A program made the translations under genes and the position numbers. Source: a virus (lineage: Duplodnaviria; Caudoviricetes). Taken from it: DNA of 64,000 nt. The stretch covers positions 1-64,000 of IMG/VR virus record IMGVR_UViG_3300024331_000207; one strand, given 5' to 3'. Numbering within the stretch: position 1 is the stretch's first letter; every line of letters starts with the position of its first letter. Shown here piece by piece: positions 20,925-29,900 of this stretch. A model generated the notes under the pieces. It was not told the origin of the DNA, made no database searches, and saw only the letters and a program-made list of their open reading frames with translations.

Positions 20925-21490
20925 CGGCGAGCCTGGACGCCTGCCGCCAGGCGCTGGCGGCAAGGCTGGGCAGCGTGGCCGGCCTGAACGTGAGCGCGGA
21001 CTACGTGATGCAGGTCAACCCCCCGGCGGCCGTCATCTTCCCGCAGCCGGGGCATAACACGCAGTTCGTCGCGATGGGCGGCGTGGTGAACCGGCTGCTG
21101 TCGCTGGTCCTGCTGGTGTCCTGGGTGGCGGTGACCGACGCCCAGGTGGCGATGGACGCACTGCTGGACCAGGGGCCGGGCGCCGACCCGTCGAAGTCGG
21201 TGCTGGCCTCCCTCGCCGCCGACCCGTCCCTCGGCGGCGTGGTGAGCTACGCCGTGCCGACGCTGGTCAGCAGTTACTCGACGAGGAACTGGGGCGGCGA
21301 GGACTATCTCGGCTGCGAGATCCTGGTGGAAGTGGCGCCGTTACAGGGACTTGACGACCTGCGTCTCCTCTCCTGCCGTAGACCTGCAGGCTCTCCAAAT
21401 CTGCCATACCGGAATGGCAGGCCGCCGCATAAGGAGAAGTTCTTTGCGCATACTTGTCGTGCATCCAGGGCCACATTTTTCCGTACATGA
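20921..21490 (+). CDS. tail terminator-like protein; last ~49 codons after TTA look non-native
   Basis: NPPAAVIFP, DPSLGGVV, YLGCEILVEV. Confidence 0.7.
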   Translation: MTASLDACRQALAARLGSVAGLNVSADYVMQVNPPAAVIFPQPGHNTQFVAMGGVVNRLLSLVLLVSWVAVTDAQVAMDALLDQGPGADPSKSVLASLAADPSLGGVVSYAVPTLVSSYSTRNWGGEDYLGCEILVEVAPLQGLDDLRLLSCRRPAGSPNLPYRNGRPPHKEKFFAHTCRASRATFFRT

Positions 21491-22559
21491 CGTTTACATG
21501 GGCTGGATGGAAGCCCTCGCCGAGCTGGGCTGTGTTGTGCACCCTTATAACCTGGGCGACCGGCTGCTGTTCTACGACACCGCCCTGCAGGAGGCGTCCA
21601 TGTGGACGCCCGGCGAGAAGGAGCCCGAGGGCGGCCTGAAGCTGAAGCGGGCACTGCCGCGGGAAGCGGCGTTCTCTATGGCCGGCAACGGCATCCTGTC
21701 CACCTGCTTCCAGTTCTGGCCCGACGTCGTGCTCATGGTCAGCGCCTTCTACATGCCGCCCGGCTACATGGACATCATCCGCACCCGCCCCTCGACCAGG
21801 TCCGGGCAGAAGATGCGCGTCGTGCTGCTGCACACCGAATCGCCCTACCAGGACGACGAGCAGCTGGAGCGCGCCGCGCACGCGGACCTGAACCTGGTCA
21901 ACGACCCGATGAACCTGGACGCCTTCCGCGAACTGGGCATCCCCGCCTACTACATGCCGCACGCCTACCGGCCCGGCATCCACAACCCCGGCCCCGGGCT
22001 GGAGGAGTTCGAGACCGACCTGTCGTTCATCGGCACAGGCTTCCCGTCCCGCATCGACTTCTTCGAGCGGATGCTGGCCAGCGGGCACATCGACGACCTG
22101 GACATCACCCTCGGCGGGAACTGGCAGGGCATCGAGGAGGGCTCGGTCCTGCACCGGCACCTGGGCCACGAGCTGACCGAGTGCGTCCGCAACGACCTCA
22201 CCGCGATGATCTACCGCTCGTCGAAATGCGGCATCAACTTCTACCGCAAGGAAGGCGGCCACAAGCTGGTGACGGGCATGGTCACCCCGGGGCTGCACAG
22301 CGGCCTCGCGGTGGGCCCGCGGGAGATCGAGATGGCCGCCTGCGGGCTGTTCTTCCTGCGCGAGCCGCGGCCGGAATCCGACGAGCTGCTCCCCATGCTG
22401 CCCGTTTTCGGCGGCCCTGAGGACGCCGCGGAGCAGATCGCCTGGTGGGTGAAGCACGACGACGAGCGCTACGAGGCCGCCCTTAAGGCACGCGCCGCCG
22501 TCCGGGACCGCACCTTCCTGAACAGCGCGAAGCAGCTCATGGAGTACCTGGGGGAGTAA
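21444..22559 (+). CDS. CgeB/DUF3880-like glycosyltransferase 3
   Basis: RILVVHP, HTESPY, DLSFIGT, IYRSSKCGINF, PREIEMAACG; AAGGAG then TTG. Confidence 0.8.
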   Translation: MRILVVHPGPHFSVHDVYMGWMEALAELGCVVHPYNLGDRLLFYDTALQEASMWTPGEKEPEGGLKLKRALPREAAFSMAGNGILSTCFQFWPDVVLMVSAFYMPPGYMDIIRTRPSTRSGQKMRVVLLHTESPYQDDEQLERAAHADLNLVNDPMNLDAFRELGIPAYYMPHAYRPGIHNPGPGLEEFETDLSFIGTGFPSRIDFFERMLASGHIDDLDITLGGNWQGIEEGSVLHRHLGHELTECVRNDLTAMIYRSSKCGINFYRKEGGHKLVTGMVTPGLHSGLAVGPREIEMAACGLFFLREPRPESDELLPMLPVFGGPEDAAEQIAWWVKHDDERYEAALKARAAVRDRTFLNSAKQLMEYLGE

Positions 22560-22753
22560 TGGGCGAGTGGGGCTCCTTCGCCAGCTGCGAGAAGCTCGAC
22601 CAGTGCCGGCTAGACGAGAGCTGCGACCTGTACCTGATGTGCGCCGAGGTTGTCGAGACCGCCCTCGACCCGCCTGCGGAAACGCCGCCGGAAGGGTGGT
22701 AGCCGCCGCGCTTTTGGGGCGGTAATCTGGTGCTGGATCGCTATGCCCGGCCG

Positions 22754-23332
22754 CTAGGGTCTTCCCAGGCCCCGCCTCTTGCGCCGGTTGTTCTCGGCCC
22801 GCGTGACCGCTTCGAGATGCGCGCGCTTGACGCAGTCGCGGTGCCGGCACCCGGCCTCCCACACATGGTCGATTTCCAGGCCCTCGGGTATGGAGCGGCC
22901 TTCCGCCAGCTCCCAGGCAACCCGGTGAGCGGCCAGGGTCTTGTTGCCCACGGAGAAGTTCCCGTACCCGGTGCCGGAACCCTTACCGCCATCCCATCGC
23001 TCGCAGTCGCAGCCGCAAGGGCAGGGAGTCTTGCTCACCATTGCCGCGAAACGCTCTGCCAGCGATGCGGTGCGAGGGGGCTGCTCCAGGCCCCATTCGG
23101 TCTTCGTCAGCCGCTGGTAGTGCTTCGCGCACAGCCCTCGGCCGCCGTGGTCACCGACCAGCTCGGTGCAGCCACCTGGTGCACTGCACCGCTCATACCG
23201 CTTCCCGGTGTTCCGGACGCGGGGCGGCAGCGTGCCATGGCGACGGCGGCGCGCATAGCAAGTCGCGCACAGTCCGTTGCTTCGTACCGGCCGGCCGCAG
23301 CCGGGTTCACTGCAAGATCCGTCTGCTGTCAT
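22754..23332 (-). CDS. HNH homing endonuclease, leaderless
   Basis: GLCxxHY zinc repeats, AHRVAWEL, EIDHV...CV...HLEAVTRAENN; TATGCT-N6-ATG. Confidence 0.85.
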   Translation of the reverse strand: MTADGSCSEPGCGRPVRSNGLCATCYARRRRHGTLPPRVRNTGKRYERCSAPGGCTELVGDHGGRGLCAKHYQRLTKTEWGLEQPPRTASLAERFAAMVSKTPCPCGCDCERWDGGKGSGTGYGNFSVGNKTLAAHRVAWELAEGRSIPEGLEIDHVWEAGCRHRDCVKRAHLEAVTRAENNRRKRRGLGRP

Positions 23333-23364
23333 GAGAACAGCATACACTATTCCAGGAGGACCTG

Positions 23365-23763
23365 GTGGCACGCATCCACGGACGGAACGGAATTGTTTAC
23401 TTCGGTCAGGCCTGCGGTGCAGCCGCCTCTCCGGTGGCCTACCTCAGTGACTGGAACGTGAATTTTACCGTAGACACGGTTGACGTCACCAGCATGGGCG
23501 ACGCCAACAAGATCTACGTGGCGGGCCTGCCGGACGCCAGCGGCGACTTCGCCGGCTTCTACGACGACGCGTCGGTGCAGTTCTACACCGCCGCCACCGA
23601 CGGCGTGCCGCGCGCGTTCTACCTGTACCCGAACACGCTGAACGCCACCCAGTACTGGTACGGCAACATCCTCGCGGACTTCTCGATCTCCGGCGGCATC
23701 GCCGCCGCGGTGTCCATCAAGTCCACCTGGAAGGCTGCGACGAAGATAACCAAGTTTGGTTAA
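23365..23763 (+). CDS. major tail (tube) protein
   Basis: RIHGRNG, DTVDVTSMGD...YVAGLPDASGDF; AGGAGG RBS. Confidence 0.8.
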   Translation: MARIHGRNGIVYFGQACGAAASPVAYLSDWNVNFTVDTVDVTSMGDANKIYVAGLPDASGDFAGFYDDASVQFYTAATDGVPRAFYLYPNTLNATQYWYGNILADFSISGGIAAAVSIKSTWKAATKITKFG

Positions 23764-23775
23764 ACTCGGATAGTC

Positions 23776-23804
23776 TTGACATATAGCCCCTGGTCTACCA
23801 GACT
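23776..23804 (+). promoter_or_regulatory. sigma-A-type promoter for the leaderless HNH gene
   Basis: TTGACA-N17-CAGACT-N6-ATG. Confidence 0.65.
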
Positions 23805-23810
23805 GGGGCC

Positions 23811-24497
23811 ATGGAGAGACGATGCTCGGTCGAGAGCTGCGGCGAAACTCACTACGCGCAGGGGTACTGCAGTCGGCATTACCAGCGCTGGCGCAGGTAC
23901 GGTGATCCGCTAGGCGGCAGTCAGCTAGGACGAGGCGAGGCACGCCCGGCGCAATGCCTCGTGGAGGGGTGCGAGTCACCGTCGTTCATCCGCGGCTGGT
24001 GCAATTCGCACTATCATCGCTGGCAGCGGTACGGTGATCCGCTCGCCGGAGGGCCGTGGCGCCAGGCGCGCGCAGCGGAGTGCTCGATAGAGGGCTGCCA
24101 CCTTGCGGTCCAGGCAAAGGGCTGGTGCACTATGCACTACACCCGCTGGCGCGTCCACGGCGACCCCCTGTTCCGCAAGACGCGCAAGGACTCGGCGGGG
24201 TGGCGCGGCCTTAATAGTGACGGCTACGTCATTATTCGCAAGAAAGGGCAGACGGTTCTGGAGCACCGCAAGGTGATGGCCGAAAAGCTCGGCCGTGATC
24301 TGTATCCGTTCGAGAACGTGCACCACAAGAACGGTGTCAAGACAGACAACCGCCCGGAGAACCTGGAGATCTGGGCAAGGGCCCAGCCCTGCGGCCAGCG
24401 TCCCGAGGACATGGCCGCCTGGATGGCCGAGCACTACCCCGCCGAGACGCGCGCAGCCCTCGGCTGTACCTGCGAACCCCTGGAGCCGCAACCATGA
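23811..24497 (+). CDS. HNH homing endonuclease
   Basis: three CxxxGC...GxCxxHY-RW-R-GDP repeats; EHRKVM, VHHKNGVKTDNRPENL. Confidence 0.88.
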   Translation: MERRCSVESCGETHYAQGYCSRHYQRWRRYGDPLGGSQLGRGEARPAQCLVEGCESPSFIRGWCNSHYHRWQRYGDPLAGGPWRQARAAECSIEGCHLAVQAKGWCTMHYTRWRVHGDPLFRKTRKDSAGWRGLNSDGYVIIRKKGQTVLEHRKVMAEKLGRDLYPFENVHHKNGVKTDNRPENLEIWARAQPCGQRPEDMAAWMAEHYPAETRAALGCTCEPLEPQP

Positions 24498-25408
24498 GGG
24501 GCATCGACTATGCCTGGGCCAATCCGAAGCCGTCGCCGGCTCAGCTGAAGGCCGATGGCGTCGCGTTCGTGATGCGCTACATCTCCGCCGACCCGTCCAA
24601 GGACCTGACGCCCGCCGAGCGCGATGCGCTGCTGGCGGCGGGCATCAGCATCGGGCTGGTATGGGAGGTGGACGGGCACATGAACGGCGGCGCCGCGGCC
24701 GGGGAGGCCGCGGCGGTCGCCTCGGACGCGTTCTGCATCGCGATGGGGATGCCGGGCATCCCGGTGTACTTCGCGTGCGACATGGACCCGCGCGGATTCA
24801 GCGGCAGCGACTGGAACGCGATCGACGGGTACATGGGCGCCGTCGCGTCAGTGCTGGGCCTGCCCCGGACGGGCGGCTACGGCGCCCACGACTTCATCGG
24901 GCACTGCTTCAACGCCGGCCGGATGACCTACGGCTGGCAGACCTACGCCTGGTCCTCGGGGATGTGGGACAGCCGCGCCCAGCTCCGCCAGATCCTCAAC
25001 GGCGTGACACTGGTCGGCCTGCCGAATCTGTCCGCCGACCTCGACGAGAACATGGCCGCCGATTACGGCCAGTGGCCGCGGCCGTCCGGGCCGCAGCCTG
25101 TCCCCCCGTACCAGCCGCAATGGACGGAGTTCGACATGAGCAAGATCGCGGTGCTGAGCATCGGCGCTGCCGACACCCCTGGCGGCGGCTTCTGGTCGGT
25201 GCACCGGCTGCAGGTACTGCTGAACATGACCGGCGACCTGAACGGCGTCACTGCCGCGAGGTCGTCGGTGATGGGCGCGCCGGACGGCTCGTTCGGGCCG
25301 AAGACGCAGGCGGCGGTCCGGGGCGTGCAGCAGCACTACGGCATTGCCGCGGACGGCATCGCCGGCGCGCAGACCTGGTCGGTGCTGCTGACCGGCTCGG
25401 CTTCCTAA
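24494..25408 (+). CDS. endolysin: DUF1906/GH25-like hydrolase plus peptidoglycan-binding domain
   Basis: GIDY, FVMRY, PVYFACD, WQTYAWS; DGSFGPKTQAAVRGVQ...DGIAGAQTW. Confidence 0.85.
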   Translation: MRGIDYAWANPKPSPAQLKADGVAFVMRYISADPSKDLTPAERDALLAAGISIGLVWEVDGHMNGGAAAGEAAAVASDAFCIAMGMPGIPVYFACDMDPRGFSGSDWNAIDGYMGAVASVLGLPRTGGYGAHDFIGHCFNAGRMTYGWQTYAWSSGMWDSRAQLRQILNGVTLVGLPNLSADLDENMAADYGQWPRPSGPQPVPPYQPQWTEFDMSKIAVLSIGAADTPGGGFWSVHRLQVLLNMTGDLNGVTAARSSVMGAPDGSFGPKTQAAVRGVQQHYGIAADGIAGAQTWSVLLTGSAS

Positions 25409-25467
25409 GGCATGAGATAGCCCCGGGGGAGAGAGCCGGTTACGGCCGAGAGCCCGGGGCTGCACTC

Positions 25468-26121
25468 ATGGTACCCGAGGAAGCGCTGCGCCGCCTGCAG
25501 GCGGTCACCGAGGGCACGGACCCGGAGCCGTCGGCGGAGTTCCTGGGGCAGCCGTACCTGGTGCGGACCGACGGACGGCTGGCGGCGCTGCTGGCGTACG
25601 CCTCGACGGGGCAGCCGACGGCTTCCGAGCGCGTGCGGCTGGAGTCCCTGGGCGACCTGGGCAGCGGCGGCACGGTGAGCGAGCAGGCCATGCTGGCGGC
25701 CGCCTACGACCTGCTGGAGCAGTGCCTGGACGACTTCGCCGGCTTCGCCAGTGCGGCGTTCGACGGCAAGGCGAGCGCTGCGCAGGTCCGCGATGCGGTC
25801 ATGCGGGTGATCGAGGTCGTGACGGCCCGCCCGCCGATGGCGGCGCTGCGGCTGCTCGGCTACGTGACGGCCAACCTGGCGGAGTTCGACGGGGGGCTGC
25901 TGATGGCGGGCGGCCCGGGGCTGGCGGCGATGTCGGCCCGGGAGGCCTGCAACGCCGCCTTCGCCCGCGCCCTGGAAACCATCGAGCCCGACCGCCAGGC
26001 GGAGTGGAAAGAGGATCTTTACCTCGATTACTCCCCCGAGGACCAGGCGCTGGAGATGGTCCGGAAGATGCAGGCAGACCGGAAGGCGCGGGAGGAGGCC
26101 GGCGATGACAGTGCAGGTTGA
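25468..26121 (+). CDS. probable tail assembly chaperone-like protein
   Basis: position; helical acidic protein; C-terminal part of track ORF 24295-26121. Confidence 0.45.
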   Translation: MVPEEALRRLQAVTEGTDPEPSAEFLGQPYLVRTDGRLAALLAYASTGQPTASERVRLESLGDLGSGGTVSEQAMLAAAYDLLEQCLDDFAGFASAAFDGKASAAQVRDAVMRVIEVVTARPPMAALRLLGYVTANLAEFDGGLLMAGGPGLAAMSAREACNAAFARALETIEPDRQAEWKEDLYLDYSPEDQALEMVRKMQADRKAREEAGDDSAG

Positions 26122-26470
26122 CTGGGACATCCCGGTGACTGACGAGTACCTGCGCCAGGTCTCGCTCGCCGTGGTTTATGAGCTGGCCCCGCGGGTCGAC
26201 GCGGTGGCCACCGCGCTGGCGCCGGTGCTGACCCGGCACACCCCGGTGCCGAGGTACGTCAAGCGCCGGAGCCACGGGCACGGCGGCCACCTGAAGGCGT
26301 CAGTGCACTGGGCGTGGAGCGAGGACTCCGACGGCATTTACGCCGACATCCTCTCGTTGTGGTACGGCCGCTTCCTGGACCCGAAGGCCGAGCAATTGCA
26401 CTATAAACGTCCCTTCCTCCCGACAGCGTTGTACGCCGTTTGCCAGGGACGGGTCCTGTATTTGGGCTAG
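26105..26470 (+). CDS. HK97 gp10-like neck/tail protein
   Basis: GHLKASV, YGRFL, RPFLPTAL. Confidence 0.6.
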   Translation: MTVQVDWDIPVTDEYLRQVSLAVVYELAPRVDAVATALAPVLTRHTPVPRYVKRRSHGHGGHLKASVHWAWSEDSDGIYADILSLWYGRFLDPKAEQLHYKRPFLPTALYAVCQGRVLYLG

Positions 26471-26548
26471 GGCAGGCTCGTCGGCTTGGGCAGGGTGGGG
26501 AGGGCTGGGTTCGGAGCGGTTTGTCGTAGCCGTCCTATTACCGGCGTC
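26465..26548 (-). repeat. GGNNN pentamer array C (3+8 pentamers, GTC-delimited) with terminal hairpin
   Basis: pentamers 26465-26479 and 26483-26522, then GTC GTA GCCG-tcctattac-CGGC GTC; TACTGT on - at 26555-26560. Confidence 0.85.
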
Positions 26549-26588
26549 AGTTCAACAGTATCCATTCACCGCCATAGGAGCCGCAACC

Positions 26589-26966
26589 ATGGCTGACCGC
26601 GCGCCCGCACGCCGGGCCCCATCTCGTTCCGCGCGACCCCGCGCCGCCGCTAAGGCGAGTTCGGGGTCATTTTCGTATTTGGGTGAAACTTACAGGCTCG
26701 ACTCGAAATTGGGCATCTGGCCCATGATTCAGTTCGCCCGTGCCGCGGAGGCCGGGTGGCGCAGCAATGACCTGCGCGGGATGGCCGCGATCCACGCGTT
26801 CCTGCAGGACGTGATGCTGCCCGAGGACTGGCCGAAGTTCCAGGACGACATGATCAACAAGAAGATGCAGGACATCGGCGGCCTGCTGGAGGTCGTGCGC
26901 AAGGCGGTCGATGAGTCGCTCAGCGCGCTGGCTGAGGCGAGCGGGAACGGCGACTCGCCGGAGTAG
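26589..26966 (+). CDS. tail assembly chaperone
   Basis: directly before tape measure; AGGAG RBS. Confidence 0.55.
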   Translation: MADRAPARRAPSRSARPRAAAKASSGSFSYLGETYRLDSKLGIWPMIQFARAAEAGWRSNDLRGMAAIHAFLQDVMLPEDWPKFQDDMINKKMQDIGGLLEVVRKAVDESLSALAEASGNGDSPE

Positions 26967-26983
26967 CGGGACGGAGGTGGCTG

Positions 26984-29900
26984 GTGGCGATACCAGGGTC
27001 GGCGGGCAGCTTTGCCCTCGCCGAGGCCTTCGTGCGCATCAGACCCGACACTGACGGGTTCCGCCGCGACGCCGACGCCCAGCTGAAGCGGGAGATGGCC
27101 GGGGACAAGGTCACCGTCCCGGTGCACGCGGAGGTCGACATCAGCGACCTGCGCCGGCAGCTGGGCACGATCACCGTGACCGAGGCGGTCACCGCGCCGG
27201 ACCCGGGCAAGATCACCGCGGCGCTGCAGATCCTCAAGCAGAAAATGTCTGCGCTGGGCATCGCCGACATTGCCGACGTCAACGTCGACCCGGGGAAGAT
27301 CGCGCAGAGCCTGCAGCGGATGAAGATACTGCTCCAGCGCGTGCCCGGCGGCAGCCTCCCCGGCCTGGCCGACATGATGGACATCAACATCCCGGTGTCG
27401 ACCATCACCACGCAGCTGGAGCGGATTAAGAACATCCTGAACAAGGCCAGCGGCCAGAGCGCGGTCGCCGACCTGCTTGACGTCAACCTGAACACCGCCC
27501 AGGTGCAGGCGGGCATCAACAAGATCCAGAAGGCGTTCGCCGCCCTCGCCCCGGGCGAGACCATCCCGCTGGGGCTGAGCGACCCCGGGGTGCTGAACTC
27601 GATCAACGCGGTCCGCCAGGCGATCGGGTCGCTGGAGGGGTCGCAGGGCAACGTGGTCCTGCCCACGGCGGTCTTCCCGCCGGGCGAGCTGAACCAGCTG
27701 ACACTGTTCGGCGATGAGATCCAGAAGCTGAAGACAGAGAGCGGCACCGGCTGGAACTGGGCCGCGACGGTCACCGGCTTCCAGAACACCGGCCAGGCCG
27801 CCTCGAATGCCGCGACGATCCTGGAAGAGTGGCTGGCGGCCAACGAGAACGCCACTACGGGCCTGAAGGACCTGGACGCTGAGCTGAAGGAGAAGCCGGG
27901 CGACCTGGGGGCGGCCGGCGGGGCCGCCAAGGCCACCGGCGACAAGTTCCTCCTGCTCGGCAGGACGATCGTGGCGAATGTCGGCTGGTGGACGCTGCTC
28001 CACGCCGGGATCGACCTGGCCGCGGAGTCGCTGATCGCGGTGGTCGGCGCCGCCCTGGCGGCCGCTACCGGCATCGCCGCGCTGGTCCCGGTGATGACCG
28101 ACATCTATAACCACATCCATGCGGTCAACCAGGTGAACTCGGCGCTGGGTGACCAGATCCCGGTGCTGGGCGCCAATTTCCGCAATTTCGCCGAGTCGCT
28201 GGGCACCGCCTCGGCCGGGGCGGAGCTGTACGGCCAGGCCGTCACTGCCATTTCCGGCAAGACGGGCGTGCTGGCCCAGAGCGCCGCCGCGGTGATCACC
28301 GTGTTCGAGGACTGGGCCGCGAAGATAGCGATCTGGCTCCAGGCGCAGAATAACTTCGGCACCGTGCTGAACCAGGGCCGCGGCTACCTGGTGCAGTTCG
28401 GCCAGATCCTGGCCAACCTGTTCATCGCGATCGACAACCTGATCAAGGCCGACCCCGGCGTCGTGCACTTCTTCCTCGATTTCGTCAACGGGCTGGCGAC
28501 ACTGTTCCGGATTGCCACCTCGATCCCGCAGCCGGTGCTGCAGATCGCCCTCGGCCTGCACGCCGTCTACCTGTACGGCAAGCTGGCGGGCGGCGTGCTG
28601 AGCGCTATCGGCTTCGTCATGGGAGGGCCGCTCGGGAAGGCCATCGGCACGTTCGGAAACCTTCTCCGTGACCTCGCGAGGAACCCCGCGCTGCTGCTGA
28701 TCGGCGCCACGGCGCTGGGGATCGCGAACAACTGGAACACCGCCACCCCGCAGATCACCGGGGACATTAACAAGATCAACACGGCGCTGTCGCAGATGAC
28801 CGCCTCGCAGGCCATCGCCACCATCCCCCGGTTCATCGGGCAGCTGAGCGCGGCGCTGAACAACGTGAGCACGGCGCAGGCGGAGAAGGGGTTCGAGTCC
28901 TTCCGCGGCACCCTGCAGGCGGCCGGCGACAACATCCAGGTGATCGGCCACGACCTGTCGGACTCGGTCAACATTCACAAGACCTTCGAGCAGCAGGCGG
29001 TCGCTGCCTGGCATGCGGTCTACCAGGCCACCTTCGGCGGGCTGAACACCACCGCGCAGGCCACCCAGGAGGTCGGCAACACCACCGCGCGGGTGCACGC
29101 CGAGATCGCCAAGCTGCTCACTGACGAGGCCGGACTGCTGAAGGTGGTCGGCGACCTGAGCGCCGGCACCGTGACGGCCAGCCACGCCACCTATACCTAC
29201 GCGCAGTCGCTGGCGCTGATGGACCTGGCCGGGGTGAAGGCGGGCGACAGCCAGCAGCTGGCCGAGCAGAAGGTCCGCGGCCTGCTGCAGGGGTATGAGG
29301 CACTGAGCGTCCAGGGCCCGATCCTGGCCGCGTCGGTCAACGCGGTGACGCTCGCCACCGAGCAGCAGCAGAGCCAGATCACCGCCCTCAACCAGGGCTG
29401 GGACGCGTTCTTCAACCTGGTCTCCGGCGGCGTCTCCGACATGTACGCCTTCGAGGCCAACCTGAAGACCCTGGACACCCAGGCGGGGGTCTCGACGAAG
29501 AACCTGGGCCTGCTGAGCCAGGGCGCGCTCACCACCGGGCAGGACTTCATCCAGTCCGCGCAGGGCGCTAACCAGATGGCCGACCAGATCACGTCGATGG
29601 TCTCGGCGGCGGGGCTCGGCGCGCACGGCACGGACCTGATCACCGCGTCCGTCAAGGACTACGTGGCGCTGCTGCTGCCGGCCGCCAAGGGCAGCGCCGA
29701 CTTCACCAGCATCCTGTACTCGATGGCACAGCGCGGCGGCTACACCGGCGCGAACAGCTTCCAGGAGCTGAGCAAGTGGGTGGCGACCGCTTCCGGCACG
29801 GTGAAGGCGATGGGCGCGTCCGGCGGCCCGGCCCAGCAGCTGCAGGGCACCATGACCGCGCTGACCGGCGACGTGGGCAACCTGACCACCGACGTGCAGA

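Noticed and set aside
26589-26983. Programmed -1 frameshift of the tail assembly chaperone
   Set aside because: No XXXYYYZ slippery site seen and no room for an extension before the tape measure gene
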